Source of the DNA: Erysipelotrichaceae bacterium
GTDB taxonomy: Bacteria > Bacillota_I > Bacilli_A > Erysipelotrichales > Erysipelotrichaceae
Assembly (NCBI GenBank): GCA_036677505.1
Contig: JAVBWK010000021.1
Coordinates: forward strand, 18,993 to 42,992
Reading direction: 5' to 3'
Length of the DNA stretch: 24,000 nt
Shown here piece by piece: positions 8,518 through 17,606 of this stretch. Position 1 is the stretch's first letter; each line of letters opens with the position of its first letter. The notes under the pieces were generated by a model. That model was given only the letters and a program-made list of their open reading frames with translations. It had not been told where the DNA came from and searched no databases. Position numbers and translations under genes: made by a program.

Positions 8518-9565
8518 GTTGATCGCCTCCCTTCTTAATCAATGCACGTTCGTGATATTTTCTTAAGAAATACTGAGACGAAACAAACAGTACGACCACC
8601 GCTTCAACCACCGCCACGATTTCAACCGGAACATCGGTCGTACGCGCCATGATATCCGCTCCGGTACGCAAATAACTGATCGCAAAGGCCGCCGCAACGA
8701 CACCGACCGGATGATTACGTCCCAACATCGCCATCAGCGCTCCCGTAAACCCAAGGCCCGGCAGTGCCGACCATTGGAAACGATTGTACATGCCCAACAG
8801 TTCCACCGAAGAACCGACGCCTCCGATAAACCCGGAAATAAAGTGAACAACCAGAAACAGCCAGAAAGCATTCATCCCCGAATACTTCGCAAAATTCTTA
8901 TTCAACCCCGTCATCCGGATCGTATAGCCCAATTTGGTATGAAACAGCATCAGCTGTAACAAAACGACCGTAACGATCAGAATAATGATACCAAAGTGAA
9001 TACGGGTCGAAGGAATGATAACCGGCAGTTTTGCCGTTGCCTGAAACAAATGAGAAGCAACACCCGGCACATCCAACGCCTGCATGAAATTTTTAATGAT
9101 AAACAAGCCCAAACCAAACAAAATCGAATTCATCATCAGCGAAGTTACCAACTCATTGGTATTGTACTTCGCCTTAAAGAACCCCGGAATCAACGCTATC
9201 AAACCGCCGACCAAACCGGAAACCAAAATGGTCACAAACGGATGAATCAGCGAACTGCTCATCGTCTGGGTGGCCACTGCCGCCGTCACGACTCCGCAGA
9301 AATAGAAAATCCCCTCGGTACCCAAATTGAACAATTTTGTTCGAAATAACAGCGCCGTCGCCAAACCGGCAAAAGAGAGCGGAATCATCGTTTCAATGAC
9401 ATTGCCCATATAACGCACTTTGGTCAGCGGAGCAAACAACATTTTCGAAAAAGATTCCAACGGCTGAGCGCTGAAAACCAACAGCAAAATAAAGGTAAGA
9501 ACCAAGGCCAGCAAAACGGCTGCCGCCATTTTTACGACTTCGAAGATCCGCTCATTCGCTAACAT
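8510..9565 (-). CDS. ABC transporter permease (BMP/CUT2 nucleoside-type importer, first permease)
   Basis: A 351-aa polytopic membrane protein. Its start overlaps the ATPase stop by 7 nt, with AAGAGGG upstream. Confidence 0.85.
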   Translation of the reverse strand: MLANERIFEVVKMAAAVLLALVLTFILLLVFSAQPLESFSKMLFAPLTKVRYMGNVIETMIPLSFAGLATALLFRTKLFNLGTEGIFYFCGVVTAAVATQTMSSSLIHPFVTILVSGLVGGLIALIPGFFKAKYNTNELVTSLMMNSILFGLGLFIIKNFMQALDVPGVASHLFQATAKLPVIIPSTRIHFGIIILIVTVVLLQLMLFHTKLGYTIRMTGLNKNFAKYSGMNAFWLFLVVHFISGFIGGVGSSVELLGMYNRFQWSALPGLGFTGALMAMLGRNHPVGVVAAAFAISYLRTGADIMARTTDVPVEIVAVVEAVVVLFVSSQYFLRKYHERALIKKGGDQHA

Positions 9566-11118
9566 AAACTGGCCCTCTTTAAACTTTCCTCATCCTGACG
9601 TTTGACGCCAAGCATGTATAACCCCAATTCCATCTCATCGACATCTTTGGTACGATCGAAATGCGCCACGATTTCACCTTCATACATGACGATCAGCCGA
9701 TCGCTGACCTCCATGACCTCATTCAAATCCGCACTAACCAGCAAGATGGCCACATTGCGATTGCGCATGTCAATGAGCTGCTTATGAATAAATTCGGCAC
9801 TGCCGATATCGATACCCCGCGTCGGCTGCTCGGCAATCATGACCTTGGGATCGGTATTGGTCTCACGGGCAACGACCACTTTCTGAATGTTGCCTCCGGA
9901 AAGACTCTCGATTTTTGACTTGTAATTCTTTGTGCGGACACTGAACATTGAGATAAGCTGTGAAGCTACTTTTCCGATAGCCTTATCATTCATAAAAATC
10001 GGACCATTGATTTCCTTACGCCGATAATAACTGGAAATCAGATTCTCCGCTACGGTCGCCCCCTGCGCCACACCTTCCTTCATGCGGTCCTCCGGAATAT
10101 AAGCCAATCCGGCAATGCGCTTCTGATCGACAGAAAGTGAAGTAATATCCTGATCAAGGATAGACCACTTCCCACTGTTGATACCGGACAAACCGACCAA
10201 TCCCTGAACCAGTTCTGACTGGCCATTGCCCTGAACCCCGGCTACACCCAGGATTTCACCCTCGCGAATCGCAAAACTGATATCTTTTAAAATCGGAATA
10301 CCCTTTTTCGTCAGATTCAAACCTTCCACTTTGAAAGCTACCTCGTCGCGATCCGATTCCACTTTAAAATCATCATACGACAGAGAAACTTTACGCCCGA
10401 CAATGAGTTCCGTCATTTGTTCGATCGTAATTTCTTCATTGTTAAATGTCCCGCGACTCTCCCCATTTTGCATGATCGTGATCCGGTCGCTGATCGCCTT
10501 GACCTCATTGAGCTTATGGGAGATGAAGAGAATCGTGTGTCCCATATTTTTAAAGTGTTTCAGATTTTCGAAAAGAGCCTCGGTTTCCTGAGGAGTCAAT
10601 ACAGCGGTCGGCTCATCGAGAATGATGACCTCCGCATCGCGATACAGCGTTTTCAGTATTTCGACCTTTTGCTTGGCACTGACCGTCAAACGCGAGACAC
10701 GCTGTGTCACATCCATATCAAAATTATATTTCTTAGCCAGATTTTTCGTGACGTTGACCGCTTCATTTTTATTAAGAAAGAAACGCTTCTGCCTGGGCTC
10801 CATACCTAAAACGATATTCTCTGCCACCGAAAAATCATCGATCAGCATAAAATGCTGATGAACCATTCCGACCCCATTCAAAATGGCCTCCATGGAATTA
10901 TGAAACTGTGTCGGCTTTCCCCGATAAGTAATCGTTCCCGAAGAAGCATGTTCAATGCCGAAAATGATCTTCATCAGCGTTGACTTCCCTGCGCCGTTTT
11001 CCCCGACAATGGAATGAATTTCGCCTTTACGGAAATCAACACTGACATTGCGATTTGCCACGACACCGTTGGAATAAATTTTTGTGATATCCTTTAAATC
11101 AAGTATGATCTCACTCAT
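9559..11118 (-). CDS. ABC transporter ATP-binding protein with duplicated ATPase domains (CUT2 family)
   Basis: I prefer the start MSEIILDLKDITKIY at 11118. The N-terminal half has Walker A GENGAGKST, signature LSVSAKQKVEI and Walker B VIILDEPT. The C-terminal half has the degenerate GVQGNGQSE, LSGGNIQKV and MIAEQPTRGID, typical of sugar/nucleoside CUT2 ATPases. Confidence 0.9.
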   Translation of the reverse strand: MSEIILDLKDITKIYSNGVVANRNVSVDFRKGEIHSIVGENGAGKSTLMKIIFGIEHASSGTITYRGKPTQFHNSMEAILNGVGMVHQHFMLIDDFSVAENIVLGMEPRQKRFFLNKNEAVNVTKNLAKKYNFDMDVTQRVSRLTVSAKQKVEILKTLYRDAEVIILDEPTAVLTPQETEALFENLKHFKNMGHTILFISHKLNEVKAISDRITIMQNGESRGTFNNEEITIEQMTELIVGRKVSLSYDDFKVESDRDEVAFKVEGLNLTKKGIPILKDISFAIREGEILGVAGVQGNGQSELVQGLVGLSGINSGKWSILDQDITSLSVDQKRIAGLAYIPEDRMKEGVAQGATVAENLISSYYRRKEINGPIFMNDKAIGKVASQLISMFSVRTKNYKSKIESLSGGNIQKVVVARETNTDPKVMIAEQPTRGIDIGSAEFIHKQLIDMRNRNVAILLVSADLNEVMEVSDRLIVMYEGEIVAHFDRTKDVDEMELGLYMLGVKRQDEESLKRASLC

Positions 11119-11135
11119 AAAAACCCTTTCTATAA

Positions 11136-11169
11136 ACGAATGCCCTACACGTCTGTGTAGAGCATTCGT
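11136..11169 (-). promoter_or_regulatory. Intercistronic stem-loop between the binding-protein and ATPase genes
   Basis: A 15-bp stem with one mismatch (11136..11150 pairs with 11155..11169) closes a 4-nt loop. No clear U-tract follows on the minus strand; TTTATAGAAAGGG leads straight into the ATPase RBS. Confidence 0.6.
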
Positions 11170-11189
11170 AAAATTCATGTGATTTCTTC

Positions 11190-12269
11190 TTACGGTTGAA
11201 CGGAAGCTTTAATGGCGTTCCACTCGTCCGCCGTCAGAGTCAATGCGCTCTTAACAACGATTTCGCCGCTGATAACTTTGGCTTCATAAGAAGCAACGAC
11301 ATCACGGATAGCTGCCGGCAATGCATTGTAAACATCGTTCTTCGCCAATCCGACACCGTTTTCCTTGATACCTAAGATTTCAAGTTGTCCATACGGAAGG
11401 GTTCCGGCCAAGTGACGTTGAACGGCTTGCAGAATTGCCAAGTCAACATTCTTTGTACCTGAAGTCAGAATCTTCTCATATTTTGCCTGATCGTTTTTAA
11501 ACAGCAACGCCTGGTCAGCATCAACGCCCAACGCATAACGGTTAGCTTCAACCGCTGCATCAAACAAACCATTGCCCGTACCGCCGGCTGCATGGAAGAT
11601 AATGTCTGCGCCACCGGCATATTGGTTCAACGCAATTTCTTTACCCTTTGCAGGATCGCCGAAGTTATTGGCATATGCGATGAAAATCTTAACATCCGGA
11701 TTGACAGCCTGTGCACCTTGGATATATCCATACAAGAAGTCATTGATACCGGCAAATTCCATACCGCCGATGGCACCGATGATGTTATTGGTCGGATCGG
11801 AATACGGAAGTTCAGTCTTTGTGACCAAACCGGCAACCAAACCGGTCAGATAGCCCAGTTCATTGGCTTTATAGAACATGCCATAGGTATTCGGGTTTGA
11901 CGGAGGTGTATCCCAGTCAAAGTTGATAAACTTTTTGTCCGGGAATTGAGCGATGACTTTTTCAAATGTCGGGGAAGCTTCCCAGTTACCGCCGATGATG
12001 ATGTCATAATCGCCTTCAGCTGCATCTAAATAATAGTTTTCCCACTTGGATTGGTCACGACCCATTTCGATAATGGTCGTTTCGGCATCTTCGATTTCAG
12101 CTTCAATCAAAGCCATGCCATTGGCAGTTACATCAAAGTAGGATTGGTCGCCACGGAAAGGCACCAACAACGCCACTTTTACGCCTTCTTTTTCTTCTTC
12201 AGGAGCGGCACAGCCGACAAACCCGAAAACGATGAACAAGGCCAATAAAACCTTCAATAAATTCTTCAT
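11190..12269 (-). CDS. BMP-family (PnrA/Med/TmpC-like) ABC substrate-binding lipoprotein
   Basis: The signal peptide has a lipobox, LFIVFGFVG-C (Cys20 at 12210..12212). The body (VALLVP..GDQSY.D, GGNWE, FHAAGGTGNG, ALGVDADQ) matches basic-membrane-protein nucleoside-binding proteins. The start overlaps the upstream stop (ATGA), with GAGGAGGAAA upstream. Confidence 0.88.
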   Translation of the reverse strand: MKNLLKVLLALFIVFGFVGCAAPEEEKEGVKVALLVPFRGDQSYFDVTANGMALIEAEIEDAETTIIEMGRDQSKWENYYLDAAEGDYDIIIGGNWEASPTFEKVIAQFPDKKFINFDWDTPPSNPNTYGMFYKANELGYLTGLVAGLVTKTELPYSDPTNNIIGAIGGMEFAGINDFLYGYIQGAQAVNPDVKIFIAYANNFGDPAKGKEIALNQYAGGADIIFHAAGGTGNGLFDAAVEANRYALGVDADQALLFKNDQAKYEKILTSGTKNVDLAILQAVQRHLAGTLPYGQLEILGIKENGVGLAKNDVYNALPAAIRDVVASYEAKVISGEIVVKSALTLTADEWNAIKASVQP

Positions 12270-14377
12270 GTTTCCTCCTCGTTTATATTAAAATCAGCTC
12301 TGCTGATTCTAATCCCGGTAACAGATATCCCATGCTTACTGCCACTGATAAACCCTAAACAACCACAAACCGATATATCCTCAATGAATATTTTACTCAC
12401 AGTTTCTCCACTAACTTTGAATATAATTATAGGGGATACACCAGTAATGTGCAATGAAATTTGAGATGATTTCACATGTGAAATTTGTACTTTTGCAAGA
12501 TTCTGGAATATTTTGTTGATTCTCTGATTTATATGAAATTCATCCTCATTTATACGAGCGATTTCCACATATTTTTGAGCTCCTTGAACACCAAAACAGA
12601 CGGAACTGCCCGGTTGCCACTGTTTCGTTTCAATCTCGGCATCGACACCTTTCCATCGGACATCCCCAAAAAGCAACATCGCATTCTCATCTGATACACA
12701 AGTAATTCCTCCATCAACAACCCAATCGCCATTGACATGCGTGCAGCCGGCAATCTCACGATGATGTCCCATCATAAAAGTCACTCCGAAATCTTCGATG
12801 GGCAGCTTTGTGACATCCCAACAGAAGTCTGCATTGCCCGAAATCAAAATCGAATCGATCCACACATGTGTCAGAAATGTCCGATGAAGACTGGTCAATT
12901 CAACGCCCACTTCGACAATCAGTGAAAAATCACTGGGAATTTTCAATTCAAAGCTCTCAAAATTCTGGGTCAGTATGAATGCTTGCGATCGCGCCGTTTT
13001 GCCATTGATATCACGGACCAACAGACATGCTTCAAACTGCTCCTCTGTTCCTGCTTTGAGTCGTGTCTGTATCGTCTGTCCCGGCCATACAACAGGTGCC
13101 AGCGACGGTTCATAACGTCCGTCATGCAGTTCACTCGCCCTGAAATAGGTTTTCTTAATGACTTCAACTTTAGAATTTGAATAAGCTCCGTGAACATTGA
13201 TCTGTAAAGCTCTCTGACTTAACGCATCTTCCATGACTGCATTAACTATGGTTCCATGGAAGTATGGATGCCATCGTCCATAAAATCCATGCGTTGAGTA
13301 TGGCAGGCTGAAACTGAAATCATTGGGATGATTTAACCGTTCGTCGGTGAGCAACGGGTTGATTTTATTGGTCAATCGACCGAAGTACAGGGTTTGTTGC
13401 GTGGCATCAAGCATATTGATGCTCCCGAACAATCCCGAAGATAAAACCACATCATTGATCTTATTCACCCAAGGGACATATAAGCCGTCAATCCCTACCA
13501 AAGCTCCCATGATCGAACCAACATTGCCGACATTGCAATCCGTATCATACCCTGCATTGACACAAATCAACAAGGTATCTCTGAAATTGCCCTTGCCATG
13601 AACCATGGCCATCACCATGACCGCCATATTCGGAATGATCGGACATATACCGCCATAACAGGCATACGGAAAACTGTCCTGAATAAAGCGCAATGTATCT
13701 TCCCAGTCGTTCGACTGAGATGCATATGCGATGACTTCGCGTGCCACACGGACATATTCACTGGCCGGATCACAATAAGTCAGCGCTTTTTCGAGTACCT
13801 CAGTTATATTTTTATGTGTAAACGCCAGACTGATCGCAGCACTGACAAATGCGGCTCCCTCAACGGCCTCACCATCATGCGAGACCGAAGCTGCTTTTCT
13901 GGCCAGATCGACTGCCAATGCCACATCTTCATACGCTACATACGCCCAACCGTCACTGAAAATCTGCCCGCCGATCTGCTCGGAAAGTTCTTTGCCGTTG
14001 GTATGGTGACTGCCGCTTTCCGGCGCAGTCATCCCCATCTTTAAGTTATGATACATCGTATGTTCAGTCGAAACACCGACTCCGCCCCACCAGAAAAAAC
14101 CGTGCTCCTGCGCAATCACATTGAGCATGGTATCGGCCATGTCCTGAGCCGTAACTTCGCTTGCTTGTTTATCCAATAAAACCCGCGTAAAGTATAGCGG
14201 ACCGTTGGTATCATCATCGGCCCCAAACACCGAATAATCCACCACAAAATCCTCGATTTTACCGAAGGATTCCTTGATGTTCTGTGATGACCAGTTTTCA
14301 ACCGGAGCTCCCAATCGTACACCGATCACCTTTCCAAGCCAAGCGGCACGGATATCTTCCAACCAATTCGACATCAA
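12266..14377 (-). CDS. ADP-ribosylglycohydrolase-family domain (residues ~1-335) fused to a ~350-aa beta-rich C-terminal region (LamG/DUF1080-like jelly-roll suspected)
   Basis: ARH hallmarks are GKVIGVRLGAPVENW, the metal ligands GADDDTNGP (D54-T57), and NAGYDTDCNVGNVGSIMGALVG (D278/D280). The C-terminal half has alternating beta-strand patterns and a HVNGDWVVDGGITC...LLFGD..WKGVDAEIE signature. The start overlaps the esterase stop (ATGA). Confidence 0.8.
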   Translation of the reverse strand: MMSNWLEDIRAAWLGKVIGVRLGAPVENWSSQNIKESFGKIEDFVVDYSVFGADDDTNGPLYFTRVLLDKQASEVTAQDMADTMLNVIAQEHGFFWWGGVGVSTEHTMYHNLKMGMTAPESGSHHTNGKELSEQIGGQIFSDGWAYVAYEDVALAVDLARKAASVSHDGEAVEGAAFVSAAISLAFTHKNITEVLEKALTYCDPASEYVRVAREVIAYASQSNDWEDTLRFIQDSFPYACYGGICPIIPNMAVMVMAMVHGKGNFRDTLLICVNAGYDTDCNVGNVGSIMGALVGIDGLYVPWVNKINDVVLSSGLFGSINMLDATQQTLYFGRLTNKINPLLTDERLNHPNDFSFSLPYSTHGFYGRWHPYFHGTIVNAVMEDALSQRALQINVHGAYSNSKVEVIKKTYFRASELHDGRYEPSLAPVVWPGQTIQTRLKAGTEEQFEACLLVRDINGKTARSQAFILTQNFESFELKIPSDFSLIVEVGVELTSLHRTFLTHVWIDSILISGNADFCWDVTKLPIEDFGVTFMMGHHREIAGCTHVNGDWVVDGGITCVSDENAMLLFGDVRWKGVDAEIETKQWQPGSSVCFGVQGAQKYVEIARINEDEFHINQRINKIFQNLAKVQISHVKSSQISLHITGVSPIIIFKVSGETVSKIFIEDISVCGCLGFISGSKHGISVTGIRISRADFNINEEET

Positions 14378-15258
14378 CGGACTCCAAACACGAAATCAGC
14401 AATATCCTTGGTTCGCTCATCATCGAAAAACACCATTTCCGCATGATTGGCATCATCAATATAACCCAGATCCACAACACATCCGGCATCCGTCAATGCT
14501 TTCGCAAAATCCCGCGTCTGATGCCACGGAACCATGGAGTCTGACTTTCCATGTCTGAGGAAAAACGGAAACTCCGTTTTCTTGATATGATTTTGCGGAG
14601 AAAGCAACTTCGCTTTGTCGATGTTATCTTTAAAAGGTCCCCCGATCAGCCAACTGGCCAGCGAATCATCCTCCGTCATCGGCCAGAAATTATCATACCC
14701 CAACTGTTCCGTCTGATCATCCATCGTCAGAAAGTCGTACACGCCATAATAACCGATGACCCCTGCCAGAGATACTTTCGCAGATCCATATCCCAGTGAT
14801 TTATCCTCAAACTCACCGCTTTGCATAGTCAATGCGGTTAGAGCGACCAAATGGGCACCCGCAGACTCACCCCACAGAAATATTTTTTTTGTATCGATCG
14901 GAAAATGCTCGGGATTGACACTCAAATAGCGGATCGCCGTCTTGATATCAAATAACTGCTGAGGAAACGGTTTCTCTAACGCCAAGGTGTAACTGACACA
15001 TGCAACCGCGATGCCGTGACTGATCGGATGAGTCATCCACTCAACAAACTTCGAACGGTGATGACCGCTGATCCACCCGCCGCCATGCACGGCAATGATC
15101 AGCGGAAAAGGACCTTCGCCTTCAGGTAAATACAAATCCAGTGTCTTGGTCCCCTTTTCCATATAACATACATCTAAATGTTTGCGCTCGAATGCATCCA
15201 AATGGATTTCTCCTAAGTCAAACGTCAGAAAATCTTTCACTTTTTGCGTAATTTCCAT
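14374..15258 (-). CDS. Alpha/beta-hydrolase esterase (hormone-sensitive-lipase/Aes-like family)
   Basis: The oxyanion motif is AVHGGGW and the nucleophile elbow is GESAGAH (Ser132 at 14863..14865). The distal acid and His lie in GKSDSMVP...DDANHAE. AAGGAG sits 6 nt before the ATG, and only 12 nt separate it from the activase stop. Confidence 0.85.
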   Translation of the reverse strand: MEITQKVKDFLTFDLGEIHLDAFERKHLDVCYMEKGTKTLDLYLPEGEGPFPLIIAVHGGGWISGHHRSKFVEWMTHPISHGIAVACVSYTLALEKPFPQQLFDIKTAIRYLSVNPEHFPIDTKKIFLWGESAGAHLVALTALTMQSGEFEDKSLGYGSAKVSLAGVIGYYGVYDFLTMDDQTEQLGYDNFWPMTEDDSLASWLIGGPFKDNIDKAKLLSPQNHIKKTEFPFFLRHGKSDSMVPWHQTRDFAKALTDAGCVVDLGYIDDANHAEMVFFDDERTKDIADFVFGVR

Positions 15259-15270
15259 ACGAATCTCCTT

Positions 15271-16110
15271 TTATACGCTGACGACTTCGCCAGCCCCCAA
15301 ACTCAAAGCATAGCGCTTATATTCCTCAAAGGTATCGATATCCAACGAAGCACTTCCCAAAATATCCAGTCCCTCTTGCCTTACACCGTACGGACGGTAA
15401 CGGATCAGCTTGATCCGCGCCCGATCTTTAACGATGTTGACAACATCCGCAATCGTTTTGCGGTTTTGTTCATCAAACCGCGGCAGACAGACGATCCGCA
15501 CTTCCGTCAGTTTTCCGATAGAAAGTAAATATGCCAGATTGTCGAGAACCGCCTCATACTCATGGCCGGTAAGTTCTTTATGAAATCTTGGATCGGTCGC
15601 TTTGACATCCAACATGACCCCATCACATACGCTCATCAGCTCAGGGTATTGAACAAACCGTGCAAACCCGTTGGAATCAATCAGCGTCGACATTCCCATC
15701 GCTTTCACCTTCTCAAACAACTCTCTGAGAAACTCCGGGTGCATCATGCATTCACCGCCGCTGACCGTAATCCCTCGCACAAAAGCCGATACTTCTTTCA
15801 GTTTCTCGATGACATCATCACTCGACATCGTATTGATTTTCGGACTGGCCAGATGCGGACACACCTTGATACACGTATCGCACTGCTCGCAAACCGTTTC
15901 ATCCCAAACCACTTTTCCGTCTTTCAACGACAATGCTTTTGACGGACAGGTAGGCACGCAGATACCGCAATGGATACACATATTAATCGTCTCCGGATTA
16001 TGGCAATACCAGCATCGGAAAGGACAGGACTGCAAAAAGATGGCCATCCGGTTTCCGGGGCCATCTACGTTAGAGAAAGGAATGATTCTGTTGACCGGAG
16101 CAAACAGCAT
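15271..16110 (-). CDS. yjjW: Glycyl-radical enzyme activating enzyme (radical SAM, YjjW-type)
   Basis: It carries DGPGNR (the activase motif) and CPFRCWYC, a CX3CX2C motif at 16003..16026. Two ferredoxin-like motifs, CIHCGICVPTCP and CEQCDTCIKVCP, lie at 15856..15978, and SGGEC is a SAM-binding motif. The start codon shares one base with the upstream stop (TAATG at 16108..16112). Confidence 0.88.
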   Translation of the reverse strand: MLFAPVNRIIPFSNVDGPGNRMAIFLQSCPFRCWYCHNPETINMCIHCGICVPTCPSKALSLKDGKVVWDETVCEQCDTCIKVCPHLASPKINTMSSDDVIEKLKEVSAFVRGITVSGGECMMHPEFLRELFEKVKAMGMSTLIDSNGFARFVQYPELMSVCDGVMLDVKATDPRFHKELTGHEYEAVLDNLAYLLSIGKLTEVRIVCLPRFDEQNRKTIADVVNIVKDRARIKLIRYRPYGVRQEGLDILGSASLDIDTFEEYKRYALSLGAGEVVSV

Positions 16111-17606
16111 TATTGGGTGACCTTGCGATCGAGGGCTTTCGCCAAATCACGCGATCCCTGACCCAATACGGTCGCACCGTTTAAGACGGCTTCTTTGCGA
16201 TCCAGTTTTTCCAGTTCACTGCGCTTGACCAGATAACCGGTGACGCGCACGACATCATTGTTTTCACAGTAAGCCGAGAAATAGCGCATACCGGCATTCA
16301 TTGCTCCCTTGATGATATCCAACAGCGATTCCGGTGTATTCTTCCACGTTTCTTCAAACCGGAAAATATCACCGATGCCTGTGGGGAAATATTTGTGGAA
16401 GCGGCCGGAATGAGCGATCTGCTTATGGATTTCCGGTTCACTGCCGATCGGAATACGGGCTCCCGGCGATGAATCCAAACCATCTCTTTCAATGCCGACC
16501 TGGGCATGCAGCCAGTAACGGTCACTGCTGTTTTCACTGTATGGCGCTTTATGTAAAGATACCAAATGATCCAGATGAGCAATGATCTCTTCGCCCAAAT
16601 CATCGGCAGATGTATTGTTTCCATATCCTTTTTTCTTATCTTCGATGCCTAACAGCGTATTGACACACTCGGCCAAACCAACCAGGCCAAACATACCGAC
16701 AAAGTTCTCCTGTTTGATAAATCCTTCTTTGACTAAGAAATTACTCTTAAAGAATGCGGCATCTTCAACCATAAAACGGATGCGCAAATCCATAAACTCG
16801 GTCATCAGATCGACATACTTCGGTAACAGTACATTTTTGAAATGTTCAATCGATTGAGCTTCTTTGGCGATGTTTGCCAAGCGCAGACGCGGCAGGGTAT
16901 ATCCGCCTCCGGCAATGCGCAAACCGTTATAGCAGCTGGCCAATCCGTAATTCTTTTCGCCAAACTCAGCCGAGAACATTTTATGATTGGCAAAGCTTGG
17001 TTTCGCCGTAGAAAGCATAACCTGGGCACATAGAGTAGCGAACTCATCGCCGGTCAGTTGGGGATCATAGCGGACGGTCATGTTGGGAACTGCGGTTTGT
17101 AAACGGAGGGTTTCTTTTAAGATGATCCGACCGGCCTTCGTATCTTTCGGACCGATGTCCGCATGGACAAAGGAATCGCACAAAACACGATCGATATGCA
17201 ACAAGAATAAGCCGATCGCCTTAGTGGCTTCCTTTTCATCGACGATAAAAGGTTCAAGCAGTTCGTCCAGATTTCCTAAAAATACCGGAAAGGACGATAC
17301 GGAGGGAACGTGGCGATACATGATCATCAAAGCGTTGGTCGCTTCCCATATATCCGTCGGCGGGTCCAACTGTAAAAATTTACTGCCGTTTTTCATCAAG
17401 ACGGAATAATCTGGTAGGATATACCTAGGACGGAAAGGCAGTGCGCCTTCAAACAAATCACAAATCATTCCGGCTTCTTTAGCCTTGATAAACTCCGGAT
17501 TATACGGCAGAGTCGTATCGGTATTTTCGCCCAGTTTAGCCAGATTGATAAATTGCTGATGAAATGACAGAGTTGTATCGGTTACGATTTCATACGCTGT
17601 AGACAT
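16110..17606 (-). CDS. yjjI: YjjI-family (DUF3029) glycyl-radical enzyme, function unknown
   Basis: A 498-aa soluble protein translationally coupled to the activase. It has a C-terminal glycyl-radical fingerprint, VVRVTGYLV (R454-Y458 at 16233..16247), about 40 residues from the end. Its size matches the ~500-aa YjjI family rather than ~800-aa PFL-type GREs. GGAGGG lies upstream of the ATG. Confidence 0.75.
   Translation of the reverse strand: MSTAYEIVTDTTLSFHQQFINLAKLGENTDTTLPYNPEFIKAKEAGMICDLFEGALPFRPRYILPDYSVLMKNGSKFLQLDPPTDIWEATNALMIMYRHVPSVSSFPVFLGNLDELLEPFIVDEKEATKAIGLFLLHIDRVLCDSFVHADIGPKDTKAGRIILKETLRLQTAVPNMTVRYDPQLTGDEFATLCAQVMLSTAKPSFANHKMFSAEFGEKNYGLASCYNGLRIAGGGYTLPRLRLANIAKEAQSIEHFKNVLLPKYVDLMTEFMDLRIRFMVEDAAFFKSNFLVKEGFIKQENFVGMFGLVGLAECVNTLLGIEDKKKGYGNNTSADDLGEEIIAHLDHLVSLHKAPYSENSSDRYWLHAQVGIERDGLDSSPGARIPIGSEPEIHKQIAHSGRFHKYFPTGIGDIFRFEETWKNTPESLLDIIKGAMNAGMRYFSAYCENNDVVRVTGYLVKRSELEKLDRKEAVLNGATVLGQGSRDLAKALDRKVTQ

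Noticed and set aside
15271-16110. The idea that the radical-SAM protein is the anaerobic sulfatase-maturating enzyme for the divergent sulfatase.
   Set aside because: It has the DGPGxR motif, an N-terminal CX3CX2C followed immediately by a two-cluster ferredoxin insert, and a size of about 280 aa. These are typical of GRE activases, and it is translationally coupled to a protein with an RVTGY glycyl loop. anSMEs are about 370-400 aa with a C-terminal SPASM domain, which is absent here.
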